Positions 57,754 through 64,000 of a DNA stretch of 64,000 nt are shown here, piece after piece. The notes below the pieces were generated by a model, which searched no databases, was not told the DNA's origin, and saw only the letters and a program-made list of their open reading frames with translations. Origin of the DNA: Fistulifera solaris (Eukaryota); contig AP026131.1 of the NCBI GenBank assembly GCA_030295235.1, forward strand, positions 124,001-188,000, given 5' to 3'. Position 1 is the first letter of the stretch; every line of letters starts with the position of its first letter. Both the position numbers and the translations under genes were made by a program.

Positions 57754-60700
57754 TCACATTGCTTCTAGCAAAGCTCGAGCCGTATGCCTGAGGAAAATAT
57801 CTGGATGTGGATAATTTGCAATGGGAGTCAACAATTCTGCGGCTCGATCTAATAGAGCTCTACGTTCTGGATCTCCTTGCTCTTTGGTGTATGCTAGACG
57901 CCAACATAATTCTCCCCATTAATGTATGAGCGCGGCGTTCAAGCTCGATATCATAATTGCTGCTTTCTTCATCCATCACCCACGCTTCGAGATCCTCCAA
58001 AATGTCCGTATCGTACTGCTCACTTTCTTCCATAAGGATGAGCTCCAACACGTACGCCAACGGATTGAAGACTGGACTCCAGAAAGAAACTTGGCCTGAT
58101 TCATGGTAAGGGTTGATGATATACTTCTTTAACAACCAATCCGCGTCCTTGGATCTATCCACGAGCATCAAAACGGATATGACTGGTAGGATTATTAGCA
58201 TCGTATCATCAATGTCCATCCCATCAACCTGGGGCAGCAACTCGTCCATTATGTAGTCTGCTCTAAGTTCAGCTTGTTCTTGTTCTTGTGAAAGGTATAA
58301 CCATTGGACACTTTCAGCGACAGAAACAAGTGCAAAATCGCAACCGTACTCAGCGACCATGTCAGAGCTGTGCGACGCAATGTCATAAATTGACAAGATA
58401 GTATCAACACATCCATTGGATTGCTCGAAGTTACACAGACGTGCTTCGTGAGACGCTTTGATTGAAAGTGCGCGACAAATGTGCACCGGGTGTCCGTTGT
58501 TGTTGGCCTCGTACAGAAGGGTTTCAATCAGTGTCGCTTGCTCTTCCGCCAAATCATTAGGATATTCGCTTTCATGTGCATCAAGCTTCAATACGCACAA
58601 TGACGAGATGATAGGCATCATGAGCGCTTTACTCATACCCGGAATCTTTGATGCACTTTTGATGATACTATACGCATCTTCAAAGAAGAAAATACTTTCC
58701 TCGGGGTCTCCAAGTCTCTGATGACAAAGCCCTACGCAAATGTGAAGTCTCAAGATAAGGTCAAGCACCATCGGCTTGGCTTTTACTTGAATCCACTCAC
58801 TGTCGGGATCTTTCTCTTCTTCGGCGTTGAATATACTCTCGAAGGAAAGTTCTAAAGCGTCTTCATATAGCTCCAGGCTTTGTGCGGAAAGATCCCATTC
58901 TTCTAAACGAGCTCCAACGGCAAGCGCAAGTGGTGCTGCTTTGCAAAAATCGCCACATGCCTTCCAATGTTCGAAAATTGTCAAAAGACGCGAGATGTTA
59001 CTCTGCTCCAGAACCAAAACTTTATCGCCTTCCATAGTTTCAGCAATAAGTCGATGCAGCTCGTATTTCCTTTCCTTCAACATGGTTGCAAGCACGTTAT
59101 TTCGCCACATAGCGTGACTGAATTGAAAGTAACGGTCATCCAAAGTGTTCCGCGAATGTGAACGGCTTGTTTTCGAATGACTGCTAAATGTATGCTCATC
59201 TTCGGAAAGAGAAATCGACTTGAGAGAGATCGTTTCATCATCGTCTTTGCTATGTTCGACGAGAATCATTTCATCAACCGCTAAATCTAGTGCATTCTCG
59301 ATCTCAATCTCGGCCATTTCGGGGTGAACTTGAATGACATCAGTCAGTGCAAATTCAAGCCCGAGAATTGCGCATGTCTGCAACACCTTCCGAACGCGAC
59401 TATCCAGCGAATCGACACGGCTCAAGAATGATTCTTCCATCACCGCTGTATTATTGGTAGACGAGAAGTTTCGCTGCAAAATGTTTTAGTGCGATATGCA
59501 GCAAATTCAATATTCAATATTGACATACGTGAAACCTACCTTTTCACGCAGACCTTCTGCATTCCACCTCAACACTCCTTCTACGAGCTCAAGTGTCTTT
59601 TTCCTTTTGATATTTTCTAGAGTCTGGACAACAAAAACAGGCAGTCCCCCGGTCCTTTGGAAAATGTCAGTGCATATACCTTCTGAGACAGAGGACTTGT
59701 CGACTTCCAATATTAACGCAATCAGGTCGCGGATGTCGCCAAACTCGAGAGGACCGAGAGATATCTCTGTCAGTTTGCCTTGCAGATCGTTCTCTTCGGC
59801 GAGAGCCGTCGATAAACGGCGCAATGCTTGCTTGTCATGTGATCGAGTGGCGCAAACAAGAAGCATTTTCGGCGATATTTTACACAAAGCTCGGAAAATC
59901 TTCCAGCTGAACGTGTCCGTCCATTGGAAGTCATCAAGAACCACAATAGCCATATCAGCGAAATCGGAAACACAAACGAATGCTTTGGAAAGGAAGTCTG
60001 CGAGTTCGTCCATTGTGGGCACATGCCCATCAACGTGCGTAATCGGACTAGCACTATCCAGCCCGAAAAATTGCGAGCCCACAATGTCCGCGTACTCAAA
60101 AGGATAATCAAGTTGCTCGCAAATCCAACAAAGTTTTTCGAAGTAGGGAACCGAATCTGCCAAGCGATTTACGTTTGAGTCAGCACTTGCGACGGTGCTA
60201 TCATCAATAGTGCCTTTTGCGCCTTTTATATTACGAACAGATTGTGATTTCATGGTTGATCTCATGAGTGATTCACGTGTACTGCGCTGTTTATGAAGCG
60301 ACATTCCTAGAAGTGCCGGCCGCTCACTACCGGTGTCACGAGTGTTTCCAGAACGTTCAACAGTTCGTAACTGATGGAGAGAGTGACTAAGTGCGTCTTT
60401 CTTTGCTTTATATTGCTCACCACCGTGTGAGGAATATCCAGAGAGAAGTCTGCTACGCTTTGAGAAACTTCCACGCCGGACAAAGTTTTTAAAGGTTGAA
60501 CTCCTAGATGTGTGTTCCGTTTCAGTCATTGAGAAGTCTGTGGGCTCGCTGTATTCGTTGTGCTGAGTGTGGACTATCGATTGATGCATTAGGGAAGGAC
60601 GCTTCTCGTTAGATGAAGAATGGGAAGAAACAGTGCCATGTGACGATAGCTGCCTCGATGTATGAGACGATCGACTCAATGATGCATTTTGTGCCGTTGC

Positions 60701-63700
60701 TCCCAAGAAACGGCCGGATCGGTTTCGAGAAAAAGCGTGATTTTGGCGTCGACCGGATAATCCTCCGAGTCCCCCAGATCCTCTCGACGAAGCGCTTCTT
60801 CCTTCAGAATCGTTGTTCATGGTCAGAGAACCATCATATTCGCATAAATCACGGATCATGCTTAAGAAAACTTGTCGAAAAGAACTAATATTGCAAAGAA
60901 GGGTGAGTGGACTGGCGCTGGTAATTTAGACAAGAATTCATAAACACACCTTAGTGGAATCCTCTGCTCTGTTTCGTTTGATGTAGATCGTGCAGCTATA
61001 ATGATCTTCTTGGCTTCCTTTTTGCGGCATTCACCTCCTTTATCTCGTCTACTACAGACGTAGCTAGTGCACTTTACCCGAACCACTTTCACCAATTACG
61101 AATACTATTGAACTTTTGCTAGGATTGTCGAGCATGTAGTCTGCAACTGACATAACCGCTCGCTTTTCCTCTTTCCTTCCAATGAAAGGATAGGCTGATT
61201 TCTTCTTTTTATAGGCCGGAACGGTGTTTAGCGGTTCAAAGATAGTAACGGGCTTGTCGTATCCTTTCGCTTGAATTGGTTTTAGCGAGTTCATCAAAAA
61301 ACGATCGCCAGCTTGCTGCTGAACGGCTTCGTCCACCAGGATTCCCTTGTTCTCCTTCGAGCACATTAGCCGGGCAGCCTGTTAACGTGAAGGCAGGTTT
61401 TTAGTAAATGAAGTCGCCAGATAGCAAACACAACAATGCCGCACAAAAAAGTTTACTCACCAAATTACAGGGCGCACCCAAAACAGCAAACTCATGTCTT
61501 CTTATTCCTCCTACGACTCCGCAATACACTTTTCCGAACGTGCACCCAATCCTATTCTCCACAGAGAGTTCATCTTTCAAGCATCGATTGATAGCAAACG
61601 CTGCCGGTAGTGCATTATTTGCAACCATGTTTGGAAATGTAGATCCCCTCAAGCCAAAGGTCGCAATAAGTACAACACCTACAGATAGGAAGATAGCATC
61701 ATATGAGAATCATCACCGCAGCGGTCCCAAAGACAGGCCTCATTCTCACCTTTGTCGTCAACAATAAATTGCCTCAAATGGCCACTGTATCGATCCAGTT
61801 CACGTGATGTGACATGCATTATATGATGGAGTTTCTGAGTGAGCTCAAAGTCAATTTCTTCGTCTCCAGTTATCTTTGGCGAAATCATAGCATTTATGAA
61901 CATAGTGAACACAGAACGCAGCTCAGCTTCAGCTCGATGACGACTTTCGAGGGCTTCCGTTGGCTGAGTTGCTTTTCCCGATTGAATTGCAGCGGAAAGA
62001 GCCAATTCATCACCGCGAATCACAGGATGAACATAAAGAGCCATTTGAAGATGAAGTCGCGCTAAGGCAGTGTTGTTCAAAGCGCTGCAGTGCACGCGAA
62101 GAGACTCATCATTTTGTTGCAATGATGCTTGCCGTTCAGTAGCATGATCCGAGAAGTCCAAATAACATTCGCCACGAGATGCGATCAGGAGCGGTTTATC
62201 CGTATACAGTTGCTCATCTGTCAAGTCAACACAATGTGCAAGAGCTGCCACCGCTTCTGGGGAAGCAAAAACTTCACCGTCGTTGGCAACATCGGCAGCG
62301 ATAGAGACCTGTCGAATTTTAGAGGTTTTAGCGTCTTGGTCCGGTTGCCTCATGTTCCTACAATCGAGCTACCTACCTGCTCGATTGGTTCGCCAAGGAT
62401 AAGAAACTCCCTCCTCAACTCAATTGCATCCTCTTCCTCCTCGCCATCTTTAAAATCACCAACATGAAGCCCGGTCATTTTCCCTACGCCAACACCGCAG
62501 TGCACATTCAACATAGCCTCGTTTTTGCTCGGTGACGCGGACGTGACATGAAAATCGCTGAACTTTGCGACAATGGAACACGCGCATTGGGCCGCCATCA
62601 AAACACAAGTTGAGAGCTTGGGTACTTCGCCATCATCCCACATGAATTCATTCACTGATGCGAGAGACGCATTTAAATTTTCCAGAGGATTGCGTACATT
62701 GAGACCGGATGCTCCGTCCTCGCTCACGACTCTCCATTCCGCAAAAATGCATCTCCGGCGAATTTTAAGATATCTCCACCATGTTGAATCACTTCAGTCA
62801 CAATCATATCGAAGTAGGCATTGATTACTTTGGATAATGATTCCGCATCGAGCATAGTCGACAGTTTCGTAAAGCCGGACATGTCGACAAACAAAAGTGC
62901 GCTCTCCCGCGGAACACTCTTGGGCAATTGCATAAAGGAATGATTTCCCTTGTCTTGCAATTTGATGAGGTTTTCCGACAATCGCTGGCCATCGAGGACG
63001 TCCGCCGAAGATGCCAAGTCATCCATGGAACTCACACTCGCAGCTTCGCCGCCTGTCTTTCTTCTCCCACCTCGTCGAGTTTGTCGAGACTTGACTGGCG
63101 TGCTGCTTCTCCAAACTTCCAGCTCGTGGGTAATCAAGTCTTCCATGACAGTCTTTGGTGTGTGAAACGAGAACCACACAACACTTTCGATGAGCTGTTC
63201 TTTTTTGAGCTTGAGGTGTGCATCTGTATCATTCCGGGCCATATTGGCGGTGGGTAGCGTCAAAGAAGACTGATGCATAAGGGCCACCATGGCTAGATTG
63301 GAAAGGTCTGCAGAGCTATGACCCACGCGAGGAGATTGCGACGTGGCATAAGAGGATGATTGCCCGAGCACACCCCCGAGACTCAAGGAAGCATCCGACA
63401 TATCCGACGAGTCATCCAGTGCACGCGACCTCCGAATATTGCCAGGAAGTACGGGTAAGCCAGTCTCCGTACTCTTGTGTCGATTGAGTTTGTTGCGTCC
63501 TCCATCTGTGCTGGAGTTCAAATAACGAGCAAGTCCCATTGTGCTATTCGCATTTGAAGTAGTATCACTTTCGCTTTCTTCGCTGTTATAACGGGCGGCC
63601 GGGCTTAAAATGACCGAGGTCCGGTAGGAATTAGCGAACGATTCAACACCGTCTACTGAGTTTCTTCGTTCTTCGCGACGACCGGGTCGTCGAGTAAGTC

Positions 63701-63803
63701 CAGTCATTAGTTGCTGATCAAATGAATTTGTACGCGAAGTTCCTCGACGCGGATCCATTTCCATGGATCGAGATCTTGCTGGTTTCATGGGACGAGGATC
63801 CAT
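57754..63803 (-). CDS. Soluble adenylyl cyclase (ADCY10-like: two class III cyclase domains + P-loop ATPase + helical C-terminus); several introns and frameshifts
   Basis: LLFVDMSGFTKL, ILKFAGDA, NVHCGVGVG, FIVDDKG, GKVYCGVVGGIRRHEFAVLG..NL|AARLM, FIGRKEE, GESGSGK, VLDDFQW, RTGGLPVF, YFQFSHAMWR. Confidence 0.9.
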
Positions 63804-64000
63804 TTTGATGACTGATTTCTCTTATAAGGGCAATCTTTACTTATTTTCTCTTAAAGTAGCAACGAGAGACGGATTCAGCGTCTGATTGAAAGAATCGCTC
63901 AAAGGATCCAGAAGCCTAAAAGCTCGGCAGCAACTTTCTCGGCCCGTCCAGGTCAAAATTGGTCCCAACTTCCACTTGACTCACTCTCTTTCTTGGTGAG

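Noticed and set aside
4355..62750. Programmed +1 frameshifting of the Euplotes type
   Set aside because: No consistent slippery-codon-plus-stop motif; lesions are plain A or T run shortenings.

Overview
Gene-dense eukaryotic nuclear DNA with short GT-AG introns. It is almost certainly from a diatom, based on an ASAF-type bipartite plastid signal, a Silicanin-like gene and an HSF gene; a pennate such as Fistulifera is plausible but not established from the sequence. About 27 protein-coding genes can be reconstructed. Many are split by single-base losses in homopolymers, most likely long-read assembly errors. No rRNA, tRNA, CRISPR array or autonomous transposon is recognisable. Most notable observations: (1) a single gene fusing ubiquitin-binding motifs, a PARP-like H-Y-E ADP-ribosyltransferase domain, a RING-H2 and a Deltex DTC domain, interrupted by one in-frame TGA; (2) a 1.35-kb intergenic tract packed with unrelated 7-bp tandem micro-duplications; (3) four tandem arrays, all between divergently transcribed genes, three sharing a dyad CCAGA-N3-TCTGG core; (4) a tail-to-tail pair of QSOX-like paralogues; (5) a bacterial-type cytochrome b561, a Silicanin-like gene and a RecQ4 with GRF-zinc-finger plus SAP domains.
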